A stretch of DNA of 64,000 nucleotides. It comes from Antedon mediterranea. Taxonomy: Eukaryota; Animalia; Echinodermata. The position numbers and the translations under genes are program-made. The notes under the pieces were generated by a model that was not told where the DNA came from, made no database searches, and saw nothing but the letters and a program-made list of their open reading frames with translations. This document shows, one piece after another, positions 1-12,868 of the stretch; position 1 is the stretch's first letter, and each line of letters opens with the position of its first letter. The stretch covers positions 23,325,237-23,389,236 of the forward strand of contig NC_092672.1 in assembly GCF_964355755.1 (NCBI RefSeq), in the 5' to 3' direction.

Positions 1-215
1 AATATGAAGAGAAGCGTGCTATTTCTCTCTTTCATGACTTTGATGGCTACCTACCAGATGATCTCTTCCAACGTGTTGCAACTAAATTTATCGAGGAATT
101 TCAAATGGAAGATGATGAGCCTAGATTATCTTACGAGCATGTAGAACTGAATATTAATGGCCATCATCTTGTCGTTTTAAACGTAGCTACCATCAACAAT
201 TGCCGTTTGTTCCAG
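1..215 (+). CDS. Roco-like gene exon, COR-like segment (5'-partial)
   Basis: Frame starting at base 3 is open to the CAG|GTAAA donor at 216; FDGYLPDDLFQRV motif. Confidence 0.7.
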
Positions 216-3200
216 GTAAACTTAATAATGCAAGCATGAATTGAATGCCAGTAAAATCACAAGTATTATATTGGGGGATTGTTCTTATGTTAACAGATAT
301 TAAAATATACACTGTCAGTAACTTTAAATTTACTTGGTTTATTGCCATTTCTGGAATGATATCAGTGGTAATCACGTTGGAATTGATTTGTTTTTTTGTA
401 ATTGCAGACAACAATTGTCAGAACGAAAATCATGAACACAGAATCAGGAAACAGCTCTCCTGCTAGCCCTTCTAAAGATGATGATCCACAACCTAGCATC
501 TGTAAGAAGGTAAGCTATAAGTACCAAATAAACTAAAATACTTTATGCTACATTGAATTAGCACAAACTTTGAATTTCATTAGTTTAGCTGTTGTTACAG
601 AAGTGTGTTGATTTTACAATGTTATCTATGTCTAGTATAATTTACTTGCTTGATGATATTTGGTCAGTGTAAATTTATAAGCTCTGTGAATCTGGGTTGT
701 TTATTGTGTAGTACAAGTAATTTCTTGATATTATTTGGCATACAGTATCTGTGTATCCGAGTTCAAATAATTTTTTTTTAAATGAATGAACAAGACAAGC
801 CCATCCAGATTATACATGGTCTATGGATATAAGCTTGTTTATTCTTGTAAAGGCGTGTGTTAGATTTTGGATTATTGATTGTGAGTTCAAATCCAATGCT
901 CGTCGCATTGCTTGTACCAGCTGTATTATATTATGGGAGTATTTTTCCGTACGTGTTTGATCCAAAAATGACCAGGGTAATAATTTATACAGTGCTTAGA
1001 GGTTTCACAACATTAGGTGCTTTATAAATCCAGGAAGGATAATATTATTATTATTCTCTATAAGTCATTTTAAATGTAGTAAATGTGACAGGGACAAGCC
1101 AGATCAGTAGCCTGTTGCAAATATTTCATTTGGAGATAATATATCATTATGCAGCTAATTTTCTGTTTTATAATGGTAACAAAATTATTGTAATCCGACT
1201 TTTAATTACAAAGTTATGGGAAATTTATAACATGTATGTGTTGGAACTCTCTGGATTATGTTTCGGAGAAATGTGTGTTCAAAGTTTACCGACGCGCTGC
1301 TGGACCGTGGTGGCCTTCGCTGAACAGCGAGGCTGAATGAACGCCCGAACAACGGACAAGAGGACACAGAGAACACGGTTTTATTATTGTTCTAGTTATC
1401 AGATGTTAATAAAATTCCGGAATTATTTTGTTTTTATTTTACTCTTGTAACATGCAAAATCTCAGTAAAGTAATTATACACTGCTCTCGCGTTGTGTCCT
1501 GCTTCTTCCTCCCAACCACTGCACACGTGGGTGGATTTTTTAAAGCTACGACATTGTGAGCATGCGCAGTCATGAGCTTTAAAGCCATGTAAGCACAATC
1601 ACAGCCCCGGCTACGGCAGTCGTCGTTAAGGAAAATATTTTTGTTTCTATCACTAAAATTGGTTATCATTGGTTAGGATGAAGAACAACTGAAATCATTG
1701 TCCAATAGAAATACACCTGTTTAAATTAGCTTTATATTCATAGTAAACAAACCAGACCTCGCTTAGAAAATGGTGGTATACGAATACGAAGCTTTTGAAA
1801 AGACGATTCTACATTCGAAAAGTTTTCGACATATTACAAAATCATAGCCTTACAAAATGTGAAAAAATAACAACACAGTATAATTCTAGAATACATAAAG
1901 GTTAGATTTAATAGATACAATTTTTTTTTTTTTTCATTTTTTTTTTGTCAACATGATTTTGCCTATTCTCGGCTGTATCTCAGTTTGGGGATTACCGACC
2001 AGCGACTGGTTTGACTTGTCTGTGCCACAAATTCATTTTATTGATATTATTTATAATATTCTATAACAATATTTATTATTCTTATTTTTTCTAGGTCCTT
2101 AATTTCCTTGAAGAAAAATTGCAAGTTTTAAGTCAGAATGGTGCACGTGGTGTTGAAGTAAAGATGTACATCCGTTGTGCATGTTCAAATAGTGAGCGTA
2201 CTCATATGCAGGTTGTTCGCAAATTTGACCAAGATGTGTTGCCATGTAGAAGCAGAGCAATGGACGTGAAACGTTACCGTAAACTGTTTAGCAAAATAGA
2301 AGTAGAACAAGGTATAGGCCTAATAATCCATAATAAATACGGCATAAAACAAAACATGCAAACATATTTTTGTTCTTTAACTAATGATACTTGTGACATA
2401 CAATTTCACAAACTTCAAATTTTCAGTTGATGCATTTTAACCTTTATCTGTAGTTTTTATGTTATATGTTATAAAGAGAAAAATAAACCATCAGAAAATG
2501 CTTATAATGCGAGTGGCAGCAATGCCAAATCTTCTTTATCAAAAGTTCAAAGAACTGCTGGTAGCATCATCTGATTGATCATGTAGATGTGGAAGGCAAC
2601 AAACAACTAACATACACCATTTTACATCTCTATGTTTTAGTAGCCTCTTTATCTACTCGCACTAGATAATAATAATAATAATAATTTATTGGAAACTTCA
2701 CTTTCACAACAGTGGCACACTTTGTTGACAAAGGTGCGTCCAAATAATAACATACAAGAATAAATAAAATGATTAACTTAAAAATAAATCAAAATGAATG
2801 AATGAAATACAAAACATAACTCAAAAACAAACAAAAATAAATAAATACTTTAAATTAAAATAAATAAATAAAACAAACTTAAGAGGAATAAAAATAAATA
2901 AAAATGTTTAGATACACACAAAATAAATAACAAAATTAATTTCATGATATGAATCAAAATAAAGAGTATAACAGTGTGTGTAATACTCAACACTAAGGCA
3001 TAATAAATAAAATAAAAAGACAAAGATTACTAAACAGAAATCAAAATGACACACAAAAGTTGAAAAGCAATTCAAAACACAACAGCATTGACATTACAAG
3101 TTTAAAAGAGCACAACGTTCTTCCATAAAGATTTAGCCAATGATTTACAAAATTACATGTTAGGAGAAAGTGCATAATGGTTTCTTCTTCATTTCTGTTG

Positions 3201-5316
3201 CACAATTTACAACAACCATTAGCATTAGGGTCATTTGACCATTTAGATGTTTTTCTTTCAAGGGGAAGGGTGTTTGATCGCAGCTTAAATTTTAACGATT
3301 CTCCTTCAAAGTCAATTTTATCAAGTAGATACTGTTCAAGTTTTGGTTCATTTTTTATATACATATAATATTCAATTGACGTTTTACATTTACCGTCTTC
3401 AACCCAATACGAGAGAGCTAGATTTTTCATAATTATTTTTGTATTGGAAGCCCAGTTGGCATCAAAGTTATCATTACCATTTCGAATATCAGAAAAAATA
3501 TCATGTGTACCACAATTATCAATGATATTTCGAACACACAATGGAATTTTAAATGATAGATCATTAAAGTTCTGTCAATTTAACTAGTGTTTTCAGTAAT
3601 ATCCTAGGCCAACGTTCATCTTCCATCTTTAAAATTCTTTCCATATAATTAATTTTATTTACATTTTGAATATATGAGATTTTTGACCACCCAAATTCCC
3701 CATAAAGAGTAGCAAAGGGGTATTCCTAAAGACCTTAAGGATAAACCTTGCCATTTGTAATTGTAGTCTTTCAATTCTTTCACAATCACTTTTGCTACCA
3801 ACCCAAATAGTACTATCATAATTTATTGATGTATGTTTATTTTGCATAGATGCACCTATTGCTGCTCATTTGGCTGCAAGCTCATTAGGGACAGGTATAG
3901 GTGAGTAACATTAGATCATTAGGGACAGGTATAGGTGAGTAACATTAGATCATTAGGGCATTGTTATAACCACTTATGTAGTACCAGCTATAATAAAAAC
4001 TACTGCTAAGAGAGAAACATTAAAGATATATCATTTATTTCATTTGAACAAATACAAACATGAAAACAGAACAAATGTAAATCAATGAGGCAGGATTACC
4101 TAAAGTAACAGTCGAGAAGCCAAAATAAGACATTCAAACATATTTAAAACATAATTAAAAACACATTTTTTGTAAGAAAGTTAAAATTGCTGTATATGAA
4201 TGACAAGATAGTTTAAAATGTATGAAGTTAAATGTATTACAGCAAAATCCACCACAGGTTAGCTAATTCTTTAAAATAATCAAAGCCGAACAAATCAGAA
4301 TGGAATCATGCTAATGTTTCTTCTAACTTTCAGAAACATCAAATTATCAACATTATTTTCTTTGATATTATTAATTTGAATACTATAATAACAATTTTCA
4401 AATAGTAGGCAAAACTTTTCTACGTAGGAAAGGTGGTCAAAATAATAACTAAAACATCCTTGAAAACAGATTGTGTGTATACTTCTAAAGACTGATCATT
4501 TGAAATATATTAAGTCAAACTAAATAATTTATGAATATGATGAAAACACTTTTATTTATTATTAATTTTAATTCAAAAGTTGAGGCCTTAAAATTATACA
4601 AAAAAATATGGAAACCATCATCATTAATTACTGGTTTTGCTTTAAATTATTTTCCCTATCAAGCCCAACTCTGTTAACATAGAGCCTGATTTATTCCTTT
4701 TCTCAATGCAACTAAACAAAAGGAAACAGGCCTATGATTAATATGGTGAATTTTAGTCATTAACAATAATTCTTTATTACAGAAACAAGTCCAAATTCAC
4801 TGAAAGACAAGTTAAACAAGTTAAATTATGATCTCAGTGAAGTCTTTATGAAGAATAAGAGAAAATTCTTATTTTTGAGATGTTGTCTCTTTGATGAAGT
4901 AGATTTACAAGTCCTTGGCAATAAAGATTACAAAGCAAATGATTATTTTAATGAACTCGCTGATAAAGGAAAGATCAAACCAACCGACGTCAACCTTCTG
5001 CTTGAAGTGGCAACACTATCAGAAATTAAACATGCTAAAGATCTTGTAAAACAGTATATGAATGACAACAATGTACACATTAGTAATCAACAGAAGATGT
5101 CCTCATATAGAAAAAAGATTGTGTAAGGCATTGGAACAGTTTAACCCAAGTGAGTTGAATAGAGTTACAGCTTGTTATCAATTGGAACAACCAACAATTT
5201 GGGATGTAACATTTTATTTAGAGAGCAAATCCAAATTGGTAGATGAATCAGAAAGAGAGAAGTTTGCTGAGCTGCTTGGACCAATCCCAAATAAAATAAT
5301 GTGTAAGTCAATTTGA
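1..5316 (+). CDS. 3' portion of a multi-exon Roco-like gene (COR-type region followed by tandem DEDs); 5' end lies outside the window
   Basis: Phase-consistent GT-AG exons: <1-215 (YEEKRAISLFHDFDGYLPDDLFQRVATKF...), 408-509, 2095-2311 (VLNFLEEKLQ...KMYIRCAC), probable small exons 2477-2560 and 3850-3900, last exon 4783-5316. The F-x-G-Y-L-P-x-x-L-F-x-R motif and the C-x-x-V...Y-x-x-C-x-C tail resemble the COR domain of metazoan Roco proteins; the last exon resembles two DEDs. Confidence 0.65.
408..509 (+). CDS. Roco-like gene exon
   Basis: TTGCAG acceptor, 102 nt in frame (TTIVRTKIM...DPQPSICKK), AAG|GTAAG donor. Confidence 0.7.
1213..1452 (+). mobile_element. Possible solo LTR in intron
   Basis: About 240-bp GC-richer block beginning GTTATGG, with AATAAA near 1408 and ending TGTAACA; no clear TSD. 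Confidence 0.3.
2095..2311 (+). CDS. Roco-like gene exon, end of COR-like region
   Basis: Polypyrimidine tract plus CTAG acceptor, continues frame of the previous exon (VLNFLEEKLQVLSQNGARGVEVKMYIRCAC...), G|GTATAG donor. Confidence 0.7.
2666..3810 (-). mobile_element. 5'-truncated, decayed non-LTR retrotransposon (LINE ORF2 C-terminus plus 3' UTR)
   Basis: ORFs 3659-3847 (IERLQLQMARFILKV) and 3041-3541 (LEQYL...FKLRSNTLPL...CKLC...EETIMHFLLTC, the C-terminal CCHC motif of RTE-X/L2-like LINEs); ends in a (TTA)n tail at 2666-2685. Confidence 0.8.
4783..5316 (+). CDS. Terminal exon encoding two death-effector-domain-like repeats, split by a +1 frameshift at the A6 run 5111-5116
   Basis: ORF 4848-5126 (YFNELADKGKIKPTDVNLLLEV: DED-like F..L...G.I...D...L) and overlapping ORF 5062-5316 (RLCKALEQF...IWDVTFYLE) join as SSYRKRLCKAL if one A is removed. 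Confidence 0.65.
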
Positions 5317-5590
5317 GAGATTTCTTACCTTAAATCCACAGATTGTAGGTCACCTAAATATTCTCCCACAATAACTGGCATCAAACCAAAATTTTAGAAA
5401 AGGGTAAAAATATATTGAGAATACATTGAGTTGCACCCTCAAACATAGAATGAATGCTGGACCATTTGATGATGACCGTATGATACAAAATGATTTGTTG
5501 ACACAGGTTAAGAACATGAAATAACAGGAATATTCACATCCTGACTTTTCTTTGTCACTAAGGTTCTTATACCGTTTACAACATTATAAC

Positions 5591-5770
5591 GCTCTGTCTA
5601 TACTATGAAACTTTTTGTGACAAAACAATGTGATGTGCAATTTTATGGACATGATGATGTCATATCACTTCCATATTTGGGAACATCACTACCATAGTTG
5701 GGCACATCACTACCATATTTGGACACATCACACATTTTTGTCAAACTAATTTGATAGTGTAGACATAGCT
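5591..5770. mobile_element. MITE with ~22-bp terminal inverted repeats
   Basis: Left GCTCTGTCTATACTATGAAACT, right AATTTGATAGTGTAGACATAGC; internal short repeats ACATCACTACCATATTTGG. Confidence 0.75.
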
Positions 5771-5999
5771 TACAACTGCCATTTGAGCAGGCAAATACTG
5801 TTTTATTACTATTTGTGTTATTTATTCTTAATTATTTTATAGTAATGTTATTTATCATCATGTGTCCGGAAACTGTAAAAGGGGATTTTGTGCTAAAACA
5901 ATTTATGTCATTGTGAGAAAGCTTGTTTAACTAAAGAAAGTGTATACCTTGTTTTAAACTTTCATTGTGATAATTTTTAGGCAACAAAGAAGATGATAA

Positions 6000-6445
6000 T
6001 TGAGGCAACACTGAATACACCATTACGGCAACACTGAAGACACTATTGAAGATGCCTTTGAAGAACCACTGAGACACCATTGCGGCAATACTGACGACAC
6101 TATTGATGATGCCACTGAGGAACCATTGAGGCACCACTGAGACACCATTGAGGCACCACTGAGAAACTATTGAAGATGCCATTGAGGAACCTTTGAGGCA
6201 CCACTGAGACACCATTGAAGATGACATTGAGGAACCTTGAGGCACAACTGAGACACCATTGAGCACCACTGAGCCACCATTAAGACACCATTGAGGCACC
6301 ACTAACACACAATTGGGACATCACTGAGCCGCCATTGAAACACCACTGATACACCATTGAGGCACCACTGACACACACTTGAGACATCACTGAGTCACCA
6401 TTGAAACACAACTGAGCCACCATTAAGGCACCACTGATACACCGT
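6000..6445. repeat. Degenerate 11/22-bp minisatellite (GACACCATTGA GGCACCACTGA)
   Basis: Motif recurs dozens of times with substitutions; explains spurious ORFs 5931-6308 and 6280-6567. Confidence 0.85.
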
Positions 6446-6781
6446 GCACCAACCAAGTGAAGGCAAGTTACGAGTGGATAGAGATATAATAGAGTAATAT
6501 TAAAATTATTGTCATAATGATAAACAAAATATGATAATGTAGAGGAAGTTGATGATAAAGATGACATTGACGTTGAATAAATGTTTACTTTAGGACAGTA
6601 TATGAATTATGATTTTTTTTTTATTAAATGGGAAGAATATTTCTGCCTCGTTAAATAGAACATGTACCCGTTCCAGTCCATAAATATTCATTATTTTGTA
6701 TAATGTCTACTGAATGTAAACTGTAAATGTTAATTCATTCCTTAATTTTACAGCTTGTTCAAGATCTCTTATTCATCTGTG

Positions 6782-6890
6782 GATAGGTGGAGAAGACTGG
6801 CAGTGCGATTTGGTATTCAATGGGATGTTATCAGTAATACCACAGGTAAAAACAGACATGATGAATATGACATGTTGGAAGAGGTAGACA
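6782..6890 (+). pseudogene. Death-domain N-terminal remnant
   Basis: Translates DRWRRLAVRFGIQWDVISNTTGKNRHDEYDMLEE, matching the death-domain W-x-x-L-A-x-x-L-G pattern and the later ML motif. Confidence 0.55.
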
Positions 6891-8290
6891 ATGATCAAAG
6901 CATTAACACAATAGCGACGTGTTGATTTAGCTGATAGCTGGCAGCATGCAGCAGAATATCAACTACCTACAATGGTCAAGGCATTAACACAACAGGGATG
7001 TGTTCATTTAGCTGATAGCTGGCAGCATAAAGCAGAACATTAACTACCTACAATGGTCAAGGCATTAACACAACAGGGACGTGTTGATATAGCTGATAGC
7101 TGGCAACATGCAGCAGCACATCAACTATCTACAATGGTCAAGGCATTAACACAACAGGGATGTGTTGATATAGCTGATAGCTGGCAATATGCAGCAGCAC
7201 ATCAACTACCTACAATGGTCAAGGCATTAACACAACAGGGACGTGTTGATATAGCTGATAGCTGGCAACATGCAGCAGAACATCAACTACATACAATGGT
7301 CAAGGCATTAACACAACAGGGACGTGTTGATATAGCTGATAGCTGGCAAGATGCAGCAGCACATCAACTACCTACAATGGTCAAGGCATTAACACAACAA
7401 GGACGTGTTGATATAGCTGATAGCTGGCAAGATGCAGCAGCACATCAACTACCTACAATGGTCAAGGCATTAACACAACAGGGATGTGTTGAGATAGCTG
7501 ATAGCTGACAAGATGCAGCAGCACATCAACTACCTACAATGGTCAAGGCATTAACACAACAGGGATGTGTTGATATAGCTGATAGCTGGCAAGATGCAGC
7601 AGCACATCAACTACCTACAATGGTCAAGGCATTTAAACACAACAGGGACGTGTTGATATAGCTGATAGCTGGCAACATGCAGCAGAACATCAACTACATA
7701 CAATGGTCAAGGCATTAACACAACAGGGACGTGTTGGTATAGCTGATAGCTGGCAAGATGCAGCAGCACATCAACTACCTACAATGGTCAAGGCATTAAC
7801 ACAACAGGGACGTGTTGATATAGCTGATGATAGCTGGCAAGATGCAACAGCACATCAACTTCCTACAATGGTCAAGGCATTAACACACAGGGATGTGTTG
7901 AGATAGCTGATAGCTGGCAAAATGCAGCAGTACATCAACTACCTACAATGGTCAAGGCATTTAAACACAACAGGGACGTGTTGATATTGCTGATAGCTGG
8001 CAACAAGCAGCAGAACATCAACTACATACAATGGTCAAGGCATTAACACAACAGGGACGTGTTGATATAGCTGATAGCTGGCAAGATGCAGCAGCTCATC
8101 AACTACCTACAATGGTCAAGGCATTAACACAACAGGGACGTGTTGATATAGCTGATAGCTGTCAAGATACAGCAGCACATCAACTACCTACAATGGTCAA
8201 GGCATTAAAACACAACAGGGACGTGTTGATATAGCTGATAGCTGGCAACATGCAGCAGCACATACAATGGTCAAGGCATTTAAACACAAC
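6890..8290 (+). repeat. 81-bp tandem repeat, ~17-18 copies, with death-domain-like coding potential
   Basis: Unit ACAATGGTCAAGGCATTAACACAACAGGGACGTGTTGATATAGCTGATAGCTGGCAAGATGCAGCAGCACATCAACTACCT = TMVKALTQQGRVDIADSWQDAAAHQLP; occasional stops and indels. Confidence 0.95.
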
Positions 8291-11200
8291 AGGCTTTAAA
8301 ATAACAGGGACATGTTGATTTTATAGCTGATAAATCATTGTTTATTTTGATTTCTTGACACATGAAACTGACTGCCAATGCTGTATAGTGTGCATAACCA
8401 TCAATATTATGATTATCAATATTATTATTATGATTAAAAGGGGCGCTTGATATATAATATAATACAGTAACAATGGAGATTATAAAACCACACTTCTAAA
8501 ATAATTTTTAATCAAAAGATAATTTTAACTATTAACTGGTGCGTGTGAGTTGTGTACTCTCTCTATACCAAAAACAAGATCAGCAATGCATCTTGGGGTT
8601 TATAGTGGGCCGCCAAAATTTAAAAAATTATTAGAATCGCATTTTAAACTGTTTAAGGATGACAAAAGGTATCTCAATAGGACCGTATAGAATTTATTTT
8701 TACATTAAATGTAGTTTGTGACCTTAGATTTGATCTAAAAAACGTAGGGAATGGGACTTTATAATGTAATTGACTATTGTAGGACTTGCTGTAACTGCAG
8801 TTTTTTTTTTGTATATAAGATGAGTCTTAGTAATTTGTGTTTTAGTGGCTATGGCTAGTTTTAGTGGCTATGGCTAGTTTTAGTGGCGTACATGGTAAAC
8901 CCACTGTGTATTGATTAGCAAAAACATTAACATTCAGAATTAAATTTAAATGTTTCATTGGTATAGCTTTATTCAATATTTTTTATTATTGACCTGACTA
9001 AACTTTTAAACTTATCTTGTAAAGATAAATTAAAATGTTGGTGTTCTATGTATTAATCACTGCCGATGATTTAGAAAGGTTTAATAAGCTCTCTAAACAA
9101 ACTTGCTAACAGTACATTTACTAAAGCCAAATTAGTAGAGTTAGAGTTACTGCAAATACATATTTCATATTCTATTTTAATAAATGATATACAATCTTTT
9201 TTGTATTGTATTTTTGTTGTCTTTTAAATCTCAACGTGAGTCACAAGTAAACTCATTATATAATGTTAAGGTAAATTGGTTGGTTTCAACATAGGCAATT
9301 GACTATGGTACCAAAATAATAAATGATGTTTGTTATTATTATGGTATCTCTGAATTTAGTAAATGACTTGGCTATTGACTTGCCTAATGCAAATGAGATC
9401 ATTTGTAGAAATTAGACTTACAGAATTTGATTAATGGCCAATATCACCTTTTTATGATTGACAGACTTACTAAACAGGACGAAAGGTATGGAGATGGGAT
9501 CATTCACTGTATAACAGCAATTATATAAATCTCTACCATATTTTCGACCCCTGGTGTGTAATTTTTCAATATCAAATTGACTAATGGTTGCCAAGGTATC
9601 AAATTGACTAATGGTTGCCAAGGTACGGGACATATTTTTAGTATAGTATCATTATGTCTATAATTATATTTTGTATTAGAAAACTTTTGTCTAATTTTTA
9701 TTTTGTTTACTTGCATGTTTGTGGAAATACAATTTTTTTTAAAGAATAAAAAACCTGACATAGTTCATATTTTGACACACCACCTGATTATGCAAATTAT
9801 GTATTACATTCTCTTTTGGTTGGCATAGCTTAATAGTGTTTATCCTTAAAATTCAGGAAAGTGGCATAGCCTATCATGTGCGGCCCATCAATAAACACCA
9901 GTGTGACAAATGTTTTGGAGGAGATATGTAAAATACGCGAATAATTTAGTAGCATTAATATATAGATTGCTTTATACATTGATACCAAAAATTATGAGCA
10001 TGGAAAACTGCACTTACAGATATTTGTGTCCCTACCCCAAAATTGTCCAAAACTGTGGAGATGATTGGAATAATTAGAAATGCGTTAAAATCCCACCTTT
10101 CATATTCCGTTATGGTAATTACTTTATTCCTATATACCATTTACTATTATTTACTAATTTGATTTTAGTTACTTTTTGTTTTTGTTCAGGCACTTTCAAC
10201 ACAAGCTTTTGCTTTTTAGAAATGGTGCCTCCTTCATGATATTGTTTTATTCATTTTAAAGATGAGAAAAAAAATTGTATTGTTTTAACTATCTTTCTTC
10301 ATGAATTTTGTATTATATTATTTATTTTGTATATTATGAAGGAATTAATTGTTACTATGAAAAAAAATATGTAATGTTAACATTGATTTTTGTGTTCACT
10401 GGATATAGATGACAAAATATGTACATAGTGTAGACCTCTCATATCCCATGTACTGTATTTTGTTGCTTGTAACCCGTTTTTCCCTTCACTTCATCAATGC
10501 TCAAACTTGTGGCCATGTCAAGAACTTATAATCACAAGATGATTCCTGATTCCTGATTCTTGTTAATCTTCCTCTGGCCAACAGAATAGACCACTTTCAT
10601 TAGACTAGTGTGCAAGGCTATCAAACAACTTGATAGCATTGGTCTGTGTCCCTTCTTTAAAGTTGTCTTTTCTATAAATATATTGGGTTGGATGGAACAA
10701 CTCAGTCACAATGTACTTCATCGAAGTGAAAATCTAAATTTGTGAACTATGATCTAATCGGATGCTATAAAGGATATTACTTTTATAATTTACAGTCCCT
10801 TTCTTTTTTATACAAAAAAAATAGAATAAAAGAATACTAAAATCAAACATTGAAAAGTCATTTTGTAGTTTTAATCAGGTTATTTAAAAAATAATGAATT
10901 AGCTTATAAAAATGTTATTAGGTTAAATAATTTTTCGTTTCCATCAATTTTTTTGTCAAACTAGTGTAACATTATAAAATAAAAAAAAATATGTGGTGAT
11001 CATTTAAGCATTTGACCTTTAACATTGTATCTACAGAAGAAAGCACAGATAAAATGTTATTTTAAAGCTTTAAGGCCACATTTATATTTGTACCTAATAC
11101 ATTCTTATTCAAAATACTCAAGTTTAAGATATAAAATAATTGTATATAGTGTATTAATTGACCTTTGACCTAGACTCCAAAGGCAAAATTAAATTAGTTA

Positions 11201-12868
11201 TTCTGAATTTTAAGAATAATGTTTGTATGTGTTTAAAACATTCTTTACAAAAACTTAGTGGTTAAAGAGATAATTAGAGAAAACTTAGTGGTTAAAGAGA
11301 TAATTAGAGAAAAAGTTTTCAAAAATAAGTAGTTAACAGTAGAAATTTTAATTTTTGTTAGATGGACATACACAGTGGTTCGTACACTCCATGATTCAAT
11401 CACTTTTATGTCGGTTCGGTGGGGTTTTCTATGTTTTTTTGGAGGTTTCCAGGGGTTTGCGGGGGTTTAGCAATACCCTGTTTTTCCCGCCAAATTGGAC
11501 GCCATATTGGATTCTGGCATGATTAGGGAAAAGTTTTCAAATGGCAGCCATTTTGAATTTATGGAAAACAAGTAATTACTAATACACAACCCAGGGTATA
11601 GATACTAATATCTATATATGCCTATATTAACAGCAACAAAAAACATTTTGGACTGAAAAAGCTATACAACCTATTTCTATATTACAAATAACATGAGAAG
11701 ATGCAAATTTCAACTATTATTTTGAAACACTACACAGAAATGACATGATGCCCCACGATAATTTAAATGGAAACAGCAAGAGCAACCTTTCAACCAACCA
11801 TGCCTGCACCATGGTTGCCTTTAAAGCGTTACCATCAGAGTTACAGCTCTTTGAAAAACATACACAAATTCCCATGTATGAAATTCCTGAAGAAAAACAC
11901 CCATAAGAAAAATAATGGTATTTTCTAAATTCAATAATTGATTTACGTAAATTTTTGTTTTACATTAGAGCAAGATTGGTACAAAAAGATTTCACAAAAA
12001 CAATTCACATATTCTGTGCCATATCTAAATAAGGACAAAATTCACATGCCAAAATCACACCTTTTACCATGGCAACCATTAATTTTTTTTCAAAAATATT
12101 TCAGTTTTGTTATATTTACCTAAAGTGTGAATAATTACCAAAGTATGACGAAAATTCATTTTTTGGCATTTGGCCACATTATGTTGATATTTGTAGTCAA
12201 CCGCTCTTAAGACTTAGAAGATGTGCTTACATCCTCAAAAATGCACTCTCGTAGACGTCATTTTAGATTTGACCAACAATTCTCCAATCAAATGACAAGA
12301 ATTCGAGTAACTGACCGGCACACAAAAAATTTCTATTGTTTCGGGACTGAAAGAAACCGAATGCAACTTTAAATCATGTCACACGTCATGACACCATTCC
12401 AATGGAATGGTGTCGGGAACACACACACAAAGTTTGAATCCCAAATGATCCTAAATGCATGGGACATAAAAATCACAAACTTAAATCATATTTCTGAGAA
12501 TTATTTTTATTTACTGAAATTATGTTGTTAGTTTTACATGATTTGTTTATAATAAAATTTAAAATTTGGATTTCATATTCATTTACATGAAACTTACTCA
12601 TGCGTGAAAACCAAATCAAAGCTGAAAGAGCTCCACAAACACTCTGAATTCTTACAGTGTAATGGATGTTAAGTTTTGTAATTTTACAACAATTGTATTA
12701 TTGTTTGTATTGTGAATACAAACTTGTACGACAGCACACGCATGTAAAAATTGAATTGTGTCAATATTCAATTTTCTTTCAACATATACAGTAGACAATT
12801 TGCGGCATTTGACACAACCTTGATACTGGTGGTAGTTATTAACATACTTAATCCTGACATGAACTGTA

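Noticed and set aside
5931-6567. ORFs of 125 and 95 aa
   Set aside because: Translations of the 11/22-bp repeat.
12230-12460. Additional terminal MYO19 exon
   Set aside because: Acceptor-like TTTAG present but all frames hit stops and I could not recognise the MYO19 tail motif.
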